A stretch of DNA of 62,884 nucleotides, the filler included. It is 6 parts of 6 records of this genome, joined end to end, with 100 filler letters (N's around TTAATTAATTAA, not from the genome) between each part and the next. Parts side by side here need not be neighbours in the genome. Positions count along the whole stretch, not along the records: positions 29,687 to 46,841 come from SRR22947727_1892; 5 more parts are not named here. One strand, given 5' to 3'. The first letter of the stretch is position 1, and the number at the start of each line of letters is the position of its first letter. A program made the translations under genes and the position numbers. The notes beneath the pieces are model-generated. The model did not search any database. It was given only the letters and a program-made list of their open reading frames with translations, and was not told the DNA's origin. Below, in pieces: positions 31,903 through 44,480 of this stretch.

Positions 31903-33117
31903 ATGAAATATTTTTTGTTTTTTGTTTTTTGTTTTTATTTAAACGGATGCAACACTAATAAAGAAAATATCTCCTCAAGCTCGGTAGAGATTTTACATGA
32001 TGATATTCTTACTTTAGACACCCACATTGATATTCCATTAACTTATATGACTGAGATAGACCCAAGTGGGCCTACAGACTTACAAGTTGATCTACCAAAA
32101 TTACAAAAAGGAAATTTGGATAGTGGTTTCTGGATAATATACACACCTCAGGATTATTTAACTGAAAAATCATATTTATCGGCTTTAGAAATCGCTGAAA
32201 CAAGAAATAATGCTATTCATGAATTAACAAAAAAACATAGCGATTATTTTGAGTTGGCCTTAAAGGCTGATGATGTCAGCCGAATAGTTAGTGATGGAAA
32301 GTATGCAGTTTTAATAGGAATGGAAAATGCATTTCCTTTAGGCGAAACTTTGAAAGATGTGAAACTTTGGGAAGAAAGAGGTGTTCGTTATATGGGCATT
32401 ACACATTTTGGTCACAATCAATTTGGAGACAGTTCTAACCCAAGTTCTGACAGAAATGAAATGACATCACGATGGAATGGCTTATCGCCATTGGGAAAGG
32501 AATTGATAAAGGCTTTAAATGATGCGGGTATAATGGTAGATGTATCGCATGCTTCAAAAAGCACTATGATGCAAGCGGCGGAATTATCAAGAGTGCCAGT
32601 TATTGCTAGTCATTCAGGTGTCAAAGCTATTAGAGACCACCCCAGAAATTTAGACGACGAGCAGCTTTTGATGTTGAAGGAAACTGGCGGAGTAGTTCAA
32701 GTTGTTGCTTATGGATCATATATTAAGGGTTATACAAATGAACAAAAAAATCTAGAAGCTACTATTGCGTTAAAATTTAATGTTAACTCCAAAGATGACT
32801 TTAACGCTCTTGATGAGGATGCTAAAATAAGTTTTGAACAAGCTAGAAATGAGTTACTAGCGATGGAGTCCCGCGCTAACGTGAGTGATTATGTTGATCA
32901 TATAGATCATGTAGTAAAAATAGCAGGTATTGACCATGTTGGCATTGCCTCTGATTTTGATGGTGGCGGAGGTGTGATTGGCTGGCAAGATGCTTCCGAA
33001 ACTCAGAATGTAACTGCTGAGCTAATTAAGCGTGGTTATAGCGAAAGTCACATAACTAAAATATGGGGTGGAAACCTTCTTCGTGTTATGCGAGAGGCTG
33101 AACAGGCCTCAAGGTAG
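31903..33117 (+). CDS. Membrane dipeptidase (peptidase M19), probable lipoprotein
   Basis: Lipobox LNGC; DTHID, GMEN, DVSH, ASHS, PRNL, SDFDG. Confidence 0.92.
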   Translation: MKYFLFFVFCFYLNGCNTNKENISSSSVEILHDDILTLDTHIDIPLTYMTEIDPSGPTDLQVDLPKLQKGNLDSGFWIIYTPQDYLTEKSYLSALEIAETRNNAIHELTKKHSDYFELALKADDVSRIVSDGKYAVLIGMENAFPLGETLKDVKLWEERGVRYMGITHFGHNQFGDSSNPSSDRNEMTSRWNGLSPLGKELIKALNDAGIMVDVSHASKSTMMQAAELSRVPVIASHSGVKAIRDHPRNLDDEQLLMLKETGGVVQVVAYGSYIKGYTNEQKNLEATIALKFNVNSKDDFNALDEDAKISFEQARNELLAMESRANVSDYVDHIDHVVKIAGIDHVGIASDFDGGGGVIGWQDASETQNVTAELIKRGYSESHITKIWGGNLLRVMREAEQASR

Positions 33118-33181
33118 CTTGTTGTAAGCCTTATTAGTATGTAGATTATAAAAATTCCTAAAAAAAAGCATATATATTCTG

Positions 33182-33210
33182 TTGACGAGTGACGAATCCC
33201 TGACTATACG
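33182..33210 (+). promoter_or_regulatory. Sigma70-type promoter of the str operon
   Basis: TTGACG-17 nt-TATACG after an AT-rich UP-like tract; lack of the -7 T is common in Alphaproteobacteria. Confidence 0.75.
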
Positions 33211-33216
33211 GCGCTC

Positions 33217-33396
33217 AAGTCGATGAACATGCTGTCTTTGGGTTACCAAAGAAACCTTGTTTAAGATGTAAATTGAATAAACCGATCGGTAAATTTACGT
33301 CAAAGCGTAAATTTTCAGATTTAGTTGCAGGTAGCTATTAGGTCGCATGGTGTGATCGATTAGATATCTGCGTTTTGTGCAGGAAAAGGCTTTTAG
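33217..33396 (+). promoter_or_regulatory. Structured ~180-nt 5' leader of rpsG
   Basis: Hairpins at 33235-33252, 33291-33314 and 33327-33371; no ORF of rpsL size. Confidence 0.5.
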
Positions 33397-33867
33397 ATGT
33401 CACGTCGTCACCGCGCTGAAAAAAGAGAAATACTTCCGGATCCAAAGTTTAACGACTTGGTTCTTTCAAAGTTTATGAACGCTATTATGCTTGATGGTAA
33501 AAAGTCAACTGCGGAAAAAATAGTTTATGGTGCTATGGAAATCGTCGAAGACAAGGCTAAAACTGAGCCTATTAGAGTGTTCCATGACGCCTTGGAGAAT
33601 ATAAAACCAGCCGTTGAGGTCCGCTCGCGTCGAGTCGGTGGTGCTACATACCAAGTACCAGTTGAAGTGCGTCCTGATAGACGCCAGGCACTGGCCATAC
33701 GTTGGTTAGTTTCTGCATCTCGATCTCGAAATGAAAATACAATGAGAGAAAGACTTGCTGGTGAGCTGATGGATGCATCAAATAACCGTGGATCTGCCGT
33801 AAAGAAGCGTGAAGACACACATAGAATGGCAGAAGCCAATCGTGCGTTTTCACACTATCGTTGGTAA
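33397..33867 (+). CDS. rpsG: 30S ribosomal protein S7
   Basis: [28 protein letters not shown]. Confidence 0.99.
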   Translation: MSRRHRAEKREILPDPKFNDLVLSKFMNAIMLDGKKSTAEKIVYGAMEIVEDKAKTEPIRVFHDALENIKPAVEVRSRRVGGATYQVPVEVRPDRRQALAIRWLVSASRSRNENTMRERLAGELMDASNNRGSAVKKREDTHRMAEANRAFSHYRW

Positions 33868-33885
33868 TCGGGAAAAGAGACTAAG

Positions 33886-35970
33886 ATGGCACGTGAATAC
33901 GATTTAAAAGATTACCGTAACTTTGGTATTATGGCTCATATTGATGCCGGTAAAACGACTTGTACTGAGCGTATTCTCTATTACACAGGAAAAAATCATA
34001 AAATTGCTGAAGTTCACGATGGTGCAGCTACCATGGACTGGATGGAGCAAGAACAAGAGCGCGGTATAACTATTACATCGGCTGCTACTACTTGTTTCTG
34101 GGGTGGTAAAAGATTGAATATAATAGACACTCCTGGTCACGTTGACTTTACCATTGAGGTTGAGCGCTCTTTACGTGTACTTGATGGTGCGGTTGCATTG
34201 TTAGATGCAAATGCTGGTGTTGAGCCTCAAACTGAAACGGTTTGGCGTCAAGCTGATAAGTATAATGTTCCAAGGATGATTTTTATCAATAAGATGGATA
34301 AAATAGGAGCTGATTTTTATGCTTCTGTGCAATCTGTAAAGGATAGACTTGGCGGTAATGCTCTTGAGATGCAATTACCTATGGGTTCTGAAGATCAATT
34401 CAAGGGAGTTGTAGATTTAGTTAAAAATGTTGCATACACATGGGCTGATGATGCAGATCTTGGTGCTAAGTACGATACAATAGAAGTTCCTGCTGAGCTG
34501 GTAGAGAAAACGGCAGAATATCGGGAGGCTTTGATTGAGGCGGTTGCAGAGATGGATGATACTGTAATGGAGGCTTATTTCGAGGGTAAAATGCCCGATG
34601 TTGATACCATTCAAAGATTGGTTAGAGAGGCTACTATAGCCGGTAAGGTTGTGCCTGTGTTTTGTGGAACAGCTTTCAAGAATAAGGGTGTTCAGCCATT
34701 ACTTGACGCGGTTGTTGCGTATTTACCATCGCCACTTGATATTGCTGCCATCAAGGGTGTTGATTTAAAAACGGGTGAAGATACAACTCGTCCTGCTAGT
34801 GATGATCAGCCTTTATCTATGCTTGCTTTCAAAATTATGAATGACAAGTTTGTGGGAACCCTTACTTTTTGCAGAATTTACTCTGGCAAGCTTGAAACTG
34901 GAACAACATTACTCAATTCTGTTAAAGAGAAAAAAGAGCGGGTGGGAAGAATGATGATGATGCATTCTAATGACCGTGAAGATATACAAGAAGCATACGC
35001 TGGCGATATAATCGCTGTTGCGGGTCTTAAGGGCTCAACAACTGGTGATACACTTTGTGATGTAAACAAGCCAGTTATTCTAGAGCGCATGGAATTTCCT
35101 GATCCAGTTATTGAAATAGCAGTCGAGCCTAAATCTAAAGCCGATCAAGAAAAGTTAGGTGTTGGCTTGCAGCGCTTAGCTGCTGAGGATCCATCATTCA
35201 GAGTATCAACAGATCATGAGTCGGGCCAAACCATTATGGCAGGTATGGGTGAATTACACTTAGATATTTTAGTTGACCGGCTAAAGCGTGAATTTGGTGT
35301 TGAAGCAAATATTGGTCAACCACAAGTTGCTTATCGCGAAGCACTAGCTAAGCCAGTAGATATCGATTACACCCATAAAAAGCAATCGGGTGGTTCGGGG
35401 CAGTTTGGACGAGTTAAGATTCGTTTCCAGCCTCTTGAACCTGGTGAGGGTATTTTGTTTGAATCCAAAGTTGTTGGAGGAAACGTACCAAAGGAGTATA
35501 TACCTGGTGTTGAAAAAGGTATCAGAACTATGGCTGAATCAGGCTTGCTTGCTGGTTTTCCTGTAATTGATTTTAAGGCTGAGTTGTACGACGGAGCCTA
35601 TCATGATGTGGACTCATCGGTTATGGCATTTGAAATTGCCGCTAGGGCTGCTTTTCGTCAAATTAAAGTTGAAGGTAAGATAAAGTTATTAGAGCCAATT
35701 ATGAGAGTTGAGGTTGTTACGCCCGATGAATACATGGGTGACGTTATTGGCGATTTAAACTCTAGACGAGGTATGATCGAAGGAACAGAAATGCGTGGAA
35801 ATGCTAATGTTATTAATTCGATGGTGCCGCTTGCCAATATGTTTGGTTACGTTAATGACCTCAGGTCAAAAACGCAGGGCCGGGCTCAGTTTACAATGAC
35901 ATTCGATCATTATTCAGCCACCCCTCAAGCAGTGGCTGATGAAGTGATATCAAAACAAGGTGGTGCATAG
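33886..35970 (+). CDS. fusA: Elongation factor G
   Basis: [26 protein letters not shown]. Confidence 0.99.
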   Translation: MAREYDLKDYRNFGIMAHIDAGKTTCTERILYYTGKNHKIAEVHDGAATMDWMEQEQERGITITSAATTCFWGGKRLNIIDTPGHVDFTIEVERSLRVLDGAVALLDANAGVEPQTETVWRQADKYNVPRMIFINKMDKIGADFYASVQSVKDRLGGNALEMQLPMGSEDQFKGVVDLVKNVAYTWADDADLGAKYDTIEVPAELVEKTAEYREALIEAVAEMDDTVMEAYFEGKMPDVDTIQRLVREATIAGKVVPVFCGTAFKNKGVQPLLDAVVAYLPSPLDIAAIKGVDLKTGEDTTRPASDDQPLSMLAFKIMNDKFVGTLTFCRIYSGKLETGTTLLNSVKEKKERVGRMMMMHSNDREDIQEAYAGDIIAVAGLKGSTTGDTLCDVNKPVILERMEFPDPVIEIAVEPKSKADQEKLGVGLQRLAAEDPSFRVSTDHESGQTIMAGMGELHLDILVDRLKREFGVEANIGQPQVAYREALAKPVDIDYTHKKQSGGSGQFGRVKIRFQPLEPGEGILFESKVVGGNVPKEYIPGVEKGIRTMAESGLLAGFPVIDFKAELYDGAYHDVDSSVMAFEIAARAAFRQIKVEGKIKLLEPIMRVEVVTPDEYMGDVIGDLNSRRGMIEGTEMRGNANVINSMVPLANMFGYVNDLRSKTQGRAQFTMTFDHYSATPQAVADEVISKQGGA

Positions 35971-36035
35971 CTTATAGATATGCACCTTTATTATAGAAAT
36001 TAAAACAACTCCCATAGAGAGCACGGAGAATTAAA

Positions 36036-37211
36036 ATGGCAAAAGAAAAGTTTGAACGCAACAAGCCGCATGCGAATATAGGCACGATTGGTCACGTTGA
36101 TCATGGTAAGACAACGCTGACTGCAGCTATCACTAAATATTTTGGTGATTTTCAGGCATATGATGAGATTGATGGTGCTCCTGAAGAGAAGGCCCGTGGT
36201 ATAACAATCTCAACAGCACACGTTGAGTATGAGACGGAAAACCGTCACTATGCTCACGTTGATTGTCCAGGGCACGCTGACTATGTTAAGAATATGATCA
36301 CGGGTGCTGCTCAAATGGACGGCGGTATCTTGGTTGTTAATGCAGCTGATGGCCCAATGCCTCAAACACGTGAGCACATTTTGCTTGCGCGCCAAGTTGG
36401 TGTTCCGGCTCTAGTTGTTTACATGAATAAGGTTGACCAGGTTGACGATGATGAGCTTTTAGAGCTCGTTGAGATGGAAATACGTGAACTTCTTAGTTCA
36501 TATGATTTCCCTGGTGATGATATTCCTGTGATTGCTGGTTCAGCTCTTGCTGCTATGGAAGGTAAAAATCCAGAAATTGGTGAAGAATCTATCAGAAAGC
36601 TTATGGCTGCAGTGGATGAGTATATTCCACAGCCACCTCGTGCAATTGATGAGCCGTTCCTTCTTCCTATTGAAGATGTATTCTCTATATCTGGTCGTGG
36701 TACTGTTGTGACCGGTCGTGTTGAACGTGGCGCGGTTAATGTTGGTGATGAAATCGAGATTGTTGGTATTAAAGATACTCAAAAGACAACATGTACGGGT
36801 GTTGAGATGTTCCGCAAATTACTTGATCGTGGTGAAGCAGGTGACAACATCGGTGCTCTTATACGTGGTATCGATCGTGAAAAGGTTGAGCGCGGTCAAG
36901 TTCTTTGTAAGCCTGGTTCAGTTACACCGCATAAGAAGTTTGTTGGTGAAGCTTACATCCTGACTAAGGATGAGGGTGGTCGTCATACTCCATTCTTTAA
37001 TAATTACCGTCCACAGTTTTACTTCCGTACAACAGATGTTACGGGCGTTGTGACATTGGATGCTGGTACAGAGATGGTTATGCCAGGTGATAATGTAAAT
37101 ATTAATGTTGAGCTTATTGTGCCAATCGCAATGGAAGAGAAGCTTCGCTTTGCTATCCGTGAAGGTGGTCGTACTGTAGGTGCTGGCGTTGTTGGTAAAA
37201 TTATTGAGTAA
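36036..37211 (+). CDS. tuf: Elongation factor Tu
   Basis: [29 protein letters not shown]. Confidence 0.99.
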   Translation: MAKEKFERNKPHANIGTIGHVDHGKTTLTAAITKYFGDFQAYDEIDGAPEEKARGITISTAHVEYETENRHYAHVDCPGHADYVKNMITGAAQMDGGILVVNAADGPMPQTREHILLARQVGVPALVVYMNKVDQVDDDELLELVEMEIRELLSSYDFPGDDIPVIAGSALAAMEGKNPEIGEESIRKLMAAVDEYIPQPPRAIDEPFLLPIEDVFSISGRGTVVTGRVERGAVNVGDEIEIVGIKDTQKTTCTGVEMFRKLLDRGEAGDNIGALIRGIDREKVERGQVLCKPGSVTPHKKFVGEAYILTKDEGGRHTPFFNNYRPQFYFRTTDVTGVVTLDAGTEMVMPGDNVNINVELIVPIAMEEKLRFAIREGGRTVGAGVVGKIIE

Positions 37212-37220
37212 TTAAGGGTG

Positions 37221-37251
37221 AAAGAGTTCTTTTTTTTGAGCTCTTTTTTTT
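37221..37251 (+). terminator. Terminator/attenuator-like hairpin between tuf and rpsJ
   Basis: AAAGAGTTC/GAGCTCTTT stem followed by a T-run. Confidence 0.55.
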
Positions 37252-37283
37252 ATTTTAGAAAGCGTTAGAAACGGATTTCCACT

Positions 37284-37598
37284 ATGGATCGTCAAAATAT
37301 TCGCATTCGGTTGAAAGCATTCGACCACCGCATCTTAGATACCTCTACAAAAGAGATTGTAAGTACAGCTAAGCGTACAGGAGCAACTGTCAGAGGACCG
37401 ATTCCTTTGCCTACACGGATTGAACGGTTTACCGTAAATCGTTCACCTCACGTTAATAAGAAGTCTCGCGAGCAGTTTGAGATTAGAACACACAAACGGA
37501 TGCTTGATATAGTTGATCCAACACCGCAGACAGTTGATGCTTTAATGAAGCTCGACCTTGCCGCAGGTGTTGATGTTGAAATTAAGTTAGGGGCGTAA
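37284..37598 (+). CDS. rpsJ: 30S ribosomal protein S10
   Basis: [22 protein letters not shown]. Confidence 0.99.
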   Translation: MDRQNIRIRLKAFDHRILDTSTKEIVSTAKRTGATVRGPIPLPTRIERFTVNRSPHVNKKSREQFEIRTHKRMLDIVDPTPQTVDALMKLDLAAGVDVEIKLGA

Positions 37599-37600
37599 TT

Positions 37601-38350
37601 ATGTTGCGTTCAGGTTTATTGACAAAAAAAGTTGGTATGACTCAGGTATATGATGAGGCAGGAAATCATATACCTGTAACAGTCTTATCATTAGAGGGTT
37701 GTCAGGTAGTAGCTCATAAAACTGCCGCTAGGGACGGTTATACCGCTCTTCAGCTTGGTTCAGGCGAGGCAAAAGTTAATCGCGTTTCGAAAGCAGAGCG
37801 AGAACGTTTTTCTAAAGCAGCTGTAACTCCAAAAAAGAAATTAATCGAGTTTCGTGTTGAAGAGGATAAATTAATTGAAGTTGGCGCTGAAATGCTTGCT
37901 GACCATTTCGTACCAGGACAAAAGGTTGATGCTTCTGGAATTACTGTTGGTAAAGGTTTTGCAGGAGCAATGAAGCGCCATAATTTTGGCGGCTTAAGGG
38001 CTACTCATGGTGTTTCGATTTCTCATAGATCTCATGGCTCTACTGGACAATGTCAAGATCCTGGGAAAGTCTTTAAGGGCAAAAAAATGGCAGGGCATAT
38101 GGGAGCTGTAAGACGAACAGTTCAAAATTTAGAGATTGCCCGTGTCGATGCTGATCAGGGGTTGGTTCTAATTAAGGGCGCTACTCCTGGATCAAAGGGC
38201 GCCTGGATTGAAATTCGCGACGCTGTTAAAGGTCCAAAAGTTTCCGATTTACCTTTACCAGGCAGTTTTAATATATCTAAGGCCCCTGTAGAAGATGAAA
38301 TTGCTCCAAGTGACACCACTGAAAGCATAAACTCAAGTGAGGATATTTAA
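37601..38350 (+). CDS. rplC: 50S ribosomal protein L3
   Basis: [23 protein letters not shown]. Confidence 0.99.
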   Translation: MLRSGLLTKKVGMTQVYDEAGNHIPVTVLSLEGCQVVAHKTAARDGYTALQLGSGEAKVNRVSKAERERFSKAAVTPKKKLIEFRVEEDKLIEVGAEMLADHFVPGQKVDASGITVGKGFAGAMKRHNFGGLRATHGVSISHRSHGSTGQCQDPGKVFKGKKMAGHMGAVRRTVQNLEIARVDADQGLVLIKGATPGSKGAWIEIRDAVKGPKVSDLPLPGSFNISKAPVEDEIAPSDTTESINSSEDI

Positions 38351-38352
38351 TT

Positions 38353-38973
38353 ATGAAAATTGATGTTCAAACACTTGATGGAAAGAAATCTGGATCTTTA
38401 GATCTTAGTAAAGACATATTTGGTCAGGAGCCCAGAAAAGATGTTCTTCACAGAATGGTTAGGTATCAGCTAGCTAAGCGACAATCTGGTACTCATCAGA
38501 CTCAAGAACGTGGAGATGTTTCTAAAACAACAAAAAGAATAGGTCGCCAGAAGGGCGGTGGTACTGCCCGTCATGGTAATGGATCTGTTTCTCAATTTCG
38601 TGGTGGTGCCAAAGCACACGGGCCCCGTTCAAGATCGCATGCAATTGGTTTGCCTAAGAAAGTTAGAGCAATGGCCCTTCGTCAAGCATTGTCAGCTAAA
38701 GCAACAGCTAAAGAACTTGTAATTATCGAAGATGCGTCAGCAAAATCGCCTAAAACAGCTGATTTGCTTAAGCAATTAATGGGATTAGGTATAACAAATT
38801 GTCTGGTTGTTAGCGGCTCGTCAATTGAAGAAAATTTTGCAAAAGCAGCTAAAAATATCCCAAATTTGGACGTTCTGCCTAGTCAGGGAGCTAATGTTTA
38901 TGATATTTTGAAGCGTCATACTTTGGTTTTAACTAAACAAGCGGTATTAGATCTGGAGGCTCGATTAAAATGA
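38353..38973 (+). CDS. rplD: 50S ribosomal protein L4
   Basis: [19 protein letters not shown]. Confidence 0.99.
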   Translation: MKIDVQTLDGKKSGSLDLSKDIFGQEPRKDVLHRMVRYQLAKRQSGTHQTQERGDVSKTTKRIGRQKGGGTARHGNGSVSQFRGGAKAHGPRSRSHAIGLPKKVRAMALRQALSAKATAKELVIIEDASAKSPKTADLLKQLMGLGITNCLVVSGSSIEENFAKAAKNIPNLDVLPSQGANVYDILKRHTLVLTKQAVLDLEARLK

Positions 38974-39266
38974 GTATTGCAGCCCGACATTATGATAGTG
39001 TTCTTTCTCCTATCATAACTGAAAAGTCCACAATTATAGCAGAAAATAATCAGGTCGTATTTGAAGTTCCTGTTTCCGCCAGTAAGCCAGAAATTAAAGA
39101 AGCGGTAGAGCAGTTATTTAAAGTATCTGTGACTGCGGTAAACACACTCCGTTTAAAAGGTAAAACCAAACGTTTCAGAGGTATTCCTGGTCGTAGGAAA
39201 GATATCAAAAAAGCGGTAGTCACCTTAAAAGATGGCGACAGCATAGACATAGCAACTGGATTGTAG
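38970..39266 (+). CDS. rplW: 50S ribosomal protein L23
   Basis: PIITEKS, KKAVVTL; operon position. Confidence 0.98.
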   Translation: MSIAARHYDSVLSPIITEKSTIIAENNQVVFEVPVSASKPEIKEAVEQLFKVSVTAVNTLRLKGKTKRFRGIPGRRKDIKKAVVTLKDGDSIDIATGL

Positions 39267-39275
39267 GGGGGAATT

Positions 39276-40112
39276 ATGGCTCTTAAGACATTTAATCCAA
39301 CTAGTCCTTCGAGAAGAAATCTCGTTCAGGTTGATCGTTCTGACCTTCACAAGGGTAGGCCAGAGAAATCACTAACAGAAGGTTTATCAAAAAAGGGTGG
39401 TAGAAATAACACAGGCAGAATAACTATGCGCCGTCAAGGCGGTGGTCATAAGCGTTTGTATCGAATGGTTGATTTTAAAAGATCAAAAAAAGACATGTCT
39501 GCTAATGTATTGCGCATTGAGTACGATCCAAATAGAACATCATATATTGCACTTATTCAGTATAAAGATGGTAAAAAAGCTTATATTCTTGCTCCACAAA
39601 GGTTAGCGGCTGGCGACACTGTGATTTCTTCTGATAAAGCTGATGTTAAGCCAGGAAATTCAATGCCTCTTCGTTCAATGCCGGTTGGTACTATTATTCA
39701 TAATATAGAGCTTAAGCCAGGAAAAGGTGGTCAGATAGCTAGATCAGCAGGTACATATGCTCAGCTAGTTGGTAGATCAGAGGGTTACGCGCAAGTCAGA
39801 CTTAAATCTGGTGAGATGCGAATGGTTCATCAGACTTGTTTAGCCACTGTTGGGGCTGTGTCAAACCCAGACCACATGAATATTAATCTAGGTAAGGCAG
39901 GGCGAAAGCGTTGGCTTGGTAAAAGACCTCAGGTTCGTGGTGTGGCTATGAACCCTGTGGATCACCCTCACGGGGGTGGCGAGGGTAGAACCTCAGGCGG
40001 TAGGCATCCGGTAACACCTTGGGGTAAACCCACAAAAGGTGCTCGTACTCGCTCAAATAAAGCGACTGATAAATTCATTATACGTTCGCGTCACGCGAAG
40101 AAGAAACGTTAA
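39276..40112 (+). CDS. rplB: 50S ribosomal protein L2
   Basis: [25 protein letters not shown]. Confidence 0.99.
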   Translation: MALKTFNPTSPSRRNLVQVDRSDLHKGRPEKSLTEGLSKKGGRNNTGRITMRRQGGGHKRLYRMVDFKRSKKDMSANVLRIEYDPNRTSYIALIQYKDGKKAYILAPQRLAAGDTVISSDKADVKPGNSMPLRSMPVGTIIHNIELKPGKGGQIARSAGTYAQLVGRSEGYAQVRLKSGEMRMVHQTCLATVGAVSNPDHMNINLGKAGRKRWLGKRPQVRGVAMNPVDHPHGGGEGRTSGGRHPVTPWGKPTKGARTRSNKATDKFIIRSRHAKKKR

Positions 40113-40126
40113 GGAGCGTAGAGAGT

Positions 40127-40405
40127 ATGCCACGTTCAGTTTGGAAAGGTCCGTTTGTCGACGGATATCTATTAAAAAAAGCAGAAGCGGCTAAGGCTGA
40201 AGGTAGGCACAAGCCTATCAAGACATGGTCGCGTCGCTCAACTATTATGCCAGGATTTGTAGGTCTCACATTTCAAGTTCATAATGGTCAGAAATTCATA
40301 CCTGTCATTGTAAATGAAGATATGGTTGGTCATAAATTCGGCGAATTTTCTCCAACACGTACCTATTACGGTCATGGTGTTGATAAAAAAGCAAAGCGGA
40401 AGTAA
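40127..40405 (+). CDS. rpsS: 30S ribosomal protein S19
   Basis: [21 protein letters not shown]. Confidence 0.99.
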   Translation: MPRSVWKGPFVDGYLLKKAEAAKAEGRHKPIKTWSRRSTIMPGFVGLTFQVHNGQKFIPVIVNEDMVGHKFGEFSPTRTYYGHGVDKKAKRK

Positions 40406-40407
40406 TA

Positions 40408-40812
40408 ATGTCAAAATTAAAAAATCCACGTCGTGTTGCTGACAATGAAGCTAGGGCTAAATTACGTATGATACGTATTAGTCCTCAGAAACTAAATCTT
40501 GTTGCCCAGTTGATAAGGGGTAAAAGAGTTGAGACTGCCTTAGCGGACCTTGAATTTTCACATAAGCGTATTTCTGGGGAAGTTAAAAAAGTTCTCCAGT
40601 CTGCAATTGCAAATGCCGAAAATAATCATGGTTTAGATATCGATAGTCTTGTTGTTTCAGAAGCATATGTAGGAAAGAATTTAGTAATGAAGCGTTTTCG
40701 TGCTCGTGCACGTGGAAGAGGTGCTAGAATTTTAAAGCCTTTTTCTGAATTAACTATAGTTGTTCGTGAAGTAGAAGAGATATCAGCTGAAAATAATAGT
40801 GAGGCAGCGTAA
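40408..40812 (+). CDS. rplV: 50S ribosomal protein L22
   Basis: [23 protein letters not shown]. Confidence 0.99.
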   Translation: MSKLKNPRRVADNEARAKLRMIRISPQKLNLVAQLIRGKRVETALADLEFSHKRISGEVKKVLQSAIANAENNHGLDIDSLVVSEAYVGKNLVMKRFRARARGRGARILKPFSELTIVVREVEEISAENNSEAA

Positions 40813-41546
40813 TGGGACAGAAGATTAATCCAATTGGTTTGCGCTTAGGCATTAACCGAACTTGGGAATCTAGATGGTATGCTAATACTTCTGAATATGG
40901 GGATTTGCTTCATCAAGATCTTGCAATTCGTGCTTTTCTCAATGCCGAACTTAAAGCCGCCTCTGTAGCACGTATTATCATAGAGCGCCCTCATAAAACC
41001 TGTCGCGTAACTATATACACCGCTCGTCCAGGCGTTGTTATTGGAAAAAAAGGTGCAGACATAGAGGTCTTAAGAAAGCGTGTTGCATCAATGGTTGATG
41101 GTGAGGTATTCATAAATTTAGTCGAGGTTCGCAAGCCTGAAGTCGATGCTAATTTGGTAGCCGATGGAATTGCTCAACAGTTAGAGCGTAGGGTCTCGTT
41201 TCGAAGAGCTATGAAAAGATCTCTTCAGAGTGCTATGAGAATGGGTGCTAAGGGATGTAAAATTAAGCTTGGTGGTCGTCTTGGGGGTGCCGAAATTGCA
41301 AGGATTGAACAATATCAGGAAGGTTCTGTTCCTCTGCATACAATGCGTGCAGACATAGATTATGGTGTAGCCAGCGCTATGACCGCTATGGGAATAATAG
41401 GTATAAAAGTCTGGATTAATAAAGGTGAAATACTCGAGCACGACCCATATGCGCACGATAAACGAATGAATGATCAAGGTGATACCAGATCACGCGGAAA
41501 TAATGACCGTGGCGGCCGTGAACGCCGTCCGGCAAGATCTAATTAA
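40812..41546 (+). CDS. rpsC: 30S ribosomal protein S3
   Basis: [28 protein letters not shown]. Confidence 0.99.
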   Translation: MGQKINPIGLRLGINRTWESRWYANTSEYGDLLHQDLAIRAFLNAELKAASVARIIIERPHKTCRVTIYTARPGVVIGKKGADIEVLRKRVASMVDGEVFINLVEVRKPEVDANLVADGIAQQLERRVSFRRAMKRSLQSAMRMGAKGCKIKLGGRLGGAEIARIEQYQEGSVPLHTMRADIDYGVASAMTAMGIIGIKVWINKGEILEHDPYAHDKRMNDQGDTRSRGNNDRGGRERRPARSN

Positions 41547-41561
41547 AAGGGGTTTTGAGCA

Positions 41562-41978
41562 ATGTTACAGCCAAAACGTACTAAATTTCGTAAAGCTCAC
41601 AAGGGCCGTATCAAAGGTGTGGCTAAGGGTGGATCCACCTTAAATTTTGGTTCTTATGGCCTTAAAGCTTTAGAGCCCGAACGGGTAACAGCCAGACAAA
41701 TCGAAGCTACTCGTAGGGCCATCACGCGTCATATGAAGCGTGCTGGTCGAGTTTGGATAAGAATTTTTCCGGATGTGCCTGTTACAAAAAAGCCAACTGA
41801 AGTCCGTATGGGTAAAGGTAAGGGTTCTGTCGAATTTTGGGCATGTAAGGTAAAGCCAGGGCGTGTGATGTTTGAAATTGATGGTGTATCAGATGGAGTA
41901 GCTAGGGAAGCTCTTCGTCTTGGAGCTGCAAAGTTACCAGTTAAGTGTAAAATTGTTACACGTCCTGGCGAACAGTAG
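41562..41978 (+). CDS. rplP: 50S ribosomal protein L16
   Basis: [18 protein letters not shown]. Confidence 0.99.
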   Translation: MLQPKRTKFRKAHKGRIKGVAKGGSTLNFGSYGLKALEPERVTARQIEATRRAITRHMKRAGRVWIRIFPDVPVTKKPTEVRMGKGKGSVEFWACKVKPGRVMFEIDGVSDGVAREALRLGAAKLPVKCKIVTRPGEQ

Positions 41979-41987
41979 GAGCAGGTG

Positions 41988-42188
41988 ATGAAGACAATTG
42001 ATGTAAGAACTATGACCGAGGATCAGCTTAGTGATGAGCTTCTTAAGTTAAAGAAGGAACAGTTTAACCTCCGCTTTCAAGAGGCGACTGGTCAATTAGA
42101 GAAAACTGCTCGTGTGAGAGAAGTGCGCAGGAATATAGCACGCGTGAAAACAATACAGGCTGAAAAAAAATCAGCTAAAAAGTCTTAA
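41988..42188 (+). CDS. rpmC: 50S ribosomal protein L29
   Basis: [21 protein letters not shown]. Confidence 0.98.
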   Translation: MKTIDVRTMTEDQLSDELLKLKKEQFNLRFQEATGQLEKTARVREVRRNIARVKTIQAEKKSAKKS

Positions 42189-42199
42189 GGTAGGTATAT

Positions 42200-42430
42200 A
42201 TGCCAAAACGCATACTTCAAGGAACTGTTGTATCTGATAAAGGTGAAAAAACAGTTGTTGTAAAAATTGAAAGGTCTTTTCTGCACCCATTGCTTAAAAA
42301 GACTATTCGTAGAACTAAAAAATATCATGCACATGATGAAAAAAATGTGCACAAGGTAGGCGATACAGTACGTATAATTGAATGTTCGCCTAAAAGTAAA
42401 TTAAAGCGGTGGGAGGTTCACGCTGAGTAG
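42200..42430 (+). CDS. rpsQ: 30S ribosomal protein S17
   Basis: [20 protein letters not shown]. Confidence 0.98.
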   Translation: MPKRILQGTVVSDKGEKTVVVKIERSFLHPLLKKTIRRTKKYHAHDEKNVHKVGDTVRIIECSPKSKLKRWEVHAE

Positions 42431-42474
42431 TTACTCTGCTCTTGTGTACAGCCCCTTAAAAAGGAGACAAACGC

Positions 42475-42843
42475 ATGATTCAAATGCAATCAAATCTTGA
42501 CGTCGCCGATAACTCTGGTGCCCGCCGCGTTCAGTGTATAAAGGTATTAGGTGGTTCTAAACGAAGATATGCTCATGTTGGTGATACCATTGTTGTATCT
42601 ATCAAGGAAGCTATTCCTCGTGGCAAAGTAAAAAAAGGAGAGGTGCGTAAAGCTATCGTCGTACGAGTTCGCAAAGATATTCAAAGACGTGATGGCTCTG
42701 TTATACGTTTTGATGGAAACGCAGCTGTAATTATAAATAACAATGGTGAGCCAATTGGTACGCGTATTTTTGGTCCAGTTCCTAGGGAGCTACGTGCTAA
42801 AAATCACATGAAAATTGTTTCTCTAGCACCCGAGGTTCTGTAG
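42475..42843 (+). CDS. rplN: 50S ribosomal protein L14
   Basis: [22 protein letters not shown]. Confidence 0.99.
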   Translation: MIQMQSNLDVADNSGARRVQCIKVLGGSKRRYAHVGDTIVVSIKEAIPRGKVKKGEVRKAIVVRVRKDIQRRDGSVIRFDGNAAVIINNNGEPIGTRIFGPVPRELRAKNHMKIVSLAPEVL

Positions 42844-42845
42844 TC

Positions 42846-43166
42846 ATGGCAGCTAAGATAAAAAAAGGCGATCACGTTATCGTTATTGCTGGCAAAGATA
42901 AGGGCAGCAAGGGTGAGGTTTTAAAGGTCTTTCCAAAGGAAAGTAGACTTCTAGTAAAAGGAGTGCGTCTTGTTAAACGTCATGTAAAGCCAAGTCAGGG
43001 AGATCCGGACGGAGGTATAAAGACCTTTGAGGGGCCTATTCATATATCAAACGTTTCTCAACTTGACCCAAAAAATGGGAAGCCCACTAGAGTTGGTTTC
43101 AAGTCACTGAAAGATGGTAAAAAGGTCCGCGTGGCCATTAAATCCGGGGAGATAATCGATGGCTAA
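42846..43166 (+). CDS. rplX: 50S ribosomal protein L24
   Basis: [14 protein letters not shown] (KOW), PIHISNV. Confidence 0.99.
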   Translation: MAAKIKKGDHVIVIAGKDKGSKGEVLKVFPKESRLLVKGVRLVKRHVKPSQGDPDGGIKTFEGPIHISNVSQLDPKNGKPTRVGFKSLKDGKKVRVAIKSGEIIDG

Positions 43167-43713
43167 GCCGTATGAACCGCGTCTTTCTGCAATATATCGT
43201 GATGAAATTCGCGATCAAATGCAGAAGCAATTTGAGTATAAAAATGAAATGCAGATACCAAAAATTGAGAAGGTTGTTCTTAACATGGGTTTGGGTGAGG
43301 GTGTTTCCGATAAAAAGAAGGTTCAAGCTGCAATAGCTGAACTGGAGTTAATAGCCGGTCAAAAGCCACTGCCAACAAAATCCAAGAAATCAATTGCAGG
43401 TTTTAAATTACGAGATGGAATGGTTATCGGTGCTAAAGTTACTTTGAGGCGTGATCAGATGTATGAATTTATTGACCGCTTAATTAACATTGCTTTGCCT
43501 AGGACTAGAGATTTCAGAGGACTTAATGGGAAAAGTTTTGATGGTAAGGGCAACTACGCTATGGGACTTAAAGAACATATTGTATTTCCAGAAATTAATT
43601 ATGATCAAGTAGACTCAGTAAAAGGTATGGATATTGTTGTTCAAACAACAGCTAAAACAGATAAAGAAGCTAAAGCATTGCTGGCAGCATTTTCGTTTCC
43701 ATTTCGAAACTAA
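43159..43713 (+). CDS. rplE: 50S ribosomal protein L5
   Basis: [19 protein letters not shown]. Confidence 0.99.
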   Translation: MAKPYEPRLSAIYRDEIRDQMQKQFEYKNEMQIPKIEKVVLNMGLGEGVSDKKKVQAAIAELELIAGQKPLPTKSKKSIAGFKLRDGMVIGAKVTLRRDQMYEFIDRLINIALPRTRDFRGLNGKSFDGKGNYAMGLKEHIVFPEINYDQVDSVKGMDIVVQTTAKTDKEAKALLAAFSFPFRN

Positions 43714-43766
43714 ATTGTACGTGGTGAGCTAAGCAGGTCGAATGACCTCGCAAAAAGGAGAATAAA

Positions 43767-44072
43767 ATGGCTAAAGTAAGCTCAGTTGAGCGAAATTTAA
43801 AACGGCAGCGAATGGTTGCTAAGTATGCTGGTAAAAGGGCTTTATTAAAGGATATAGCACGAAACAAAGACCTCCCGGTAGAAGAAAGATTCAATGCTCA
43901 GCTGGAACTTGCAGCCTTGCCTCGCAATTCAGCTGAATCTCGTATTAGAAACAGGTGTCAGGTCACAGGTCGTCCTCGGGGTTATTATCGTAAAATGAAG
44001 ATGTCAAGAATTGCTCTTCGCGAGCTCGGTTCAGCTGGTATGCTGCCCGGCTTAGTCAAGTCAAGCTGGTAG
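43767..44072 (+). CDS. rpsN: 30S ribosomal protein S14 (long, non-zinc form)
   Basis: 101 aa; [20 protein letters not shown]. Confidence 0.99.
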   Translation: MAKVSSVERNLKRQRMVAKYAGKRALLKDIARNKDLPVEERFNAQLELAALPRNSAESRIRNRCQVTGRPRGYYRKMKMSRIALRELGSAGMLPGLVKSSW

Positions 44073-44082
44073 GAGGTAAGAT

Positions 44083-44478
44083 ATGTCATTTTCTGATCCC
44101 TTAGGCGATATGCTTACACGTATTCGCAATGCAATAATGCGAAATAGAACTTCTGTCAGCACGCCCGCTTCAAATCTCCGCGGTCGTGTACTTGATGTTT
44201 TGGCTGATGAGGGTTTCATCAGAGGTTATTCCGAAGGTCAAGTTGATGGATTTCGAATTTTTAATATCGAATTGAAGTACTTTGAAGGTGAAGCTGTTAT
44301 TCGAGACATTAAGCGTGTATCCAAACCTGGCCGAAGAGTTTACTCTTCAGTTAAAACCTTACCCCAGGTTCGTAACGGTCTGGGTATTTCCATTTTATCA
44401 ACACCTAAAGGCGTTATGAGTGATAATTCTGCTCGCGATGCAAACGTCGGTGGTGAAGTATTGTGTCAGGTGTCTTAA
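44083..44478 (+). CDS. rpsH: 30S ribosomal protein S8
   Basis: [21 protein letters not shown]. Confidence 0.99.
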   Translation: MSFSDPLGDMLTRIRNAIMRNRTSVSTPASNLRGRVLDVLADEGFIRGYSEGQVDGFRIFNIELKYFEGEAVIRDIKRVSKPGRRVYSSVKTLPQVRNGLGISILSTPKGVMSDNSARDANVGGEVLCQVS

Positions 44479-44480
44479 TC

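Noticed and set aside
35962-35986. Hairpin GGTGCATA/TATGCACC between fusA and tuf
   Set aside because: Ordinary intercistronic stem-loop.
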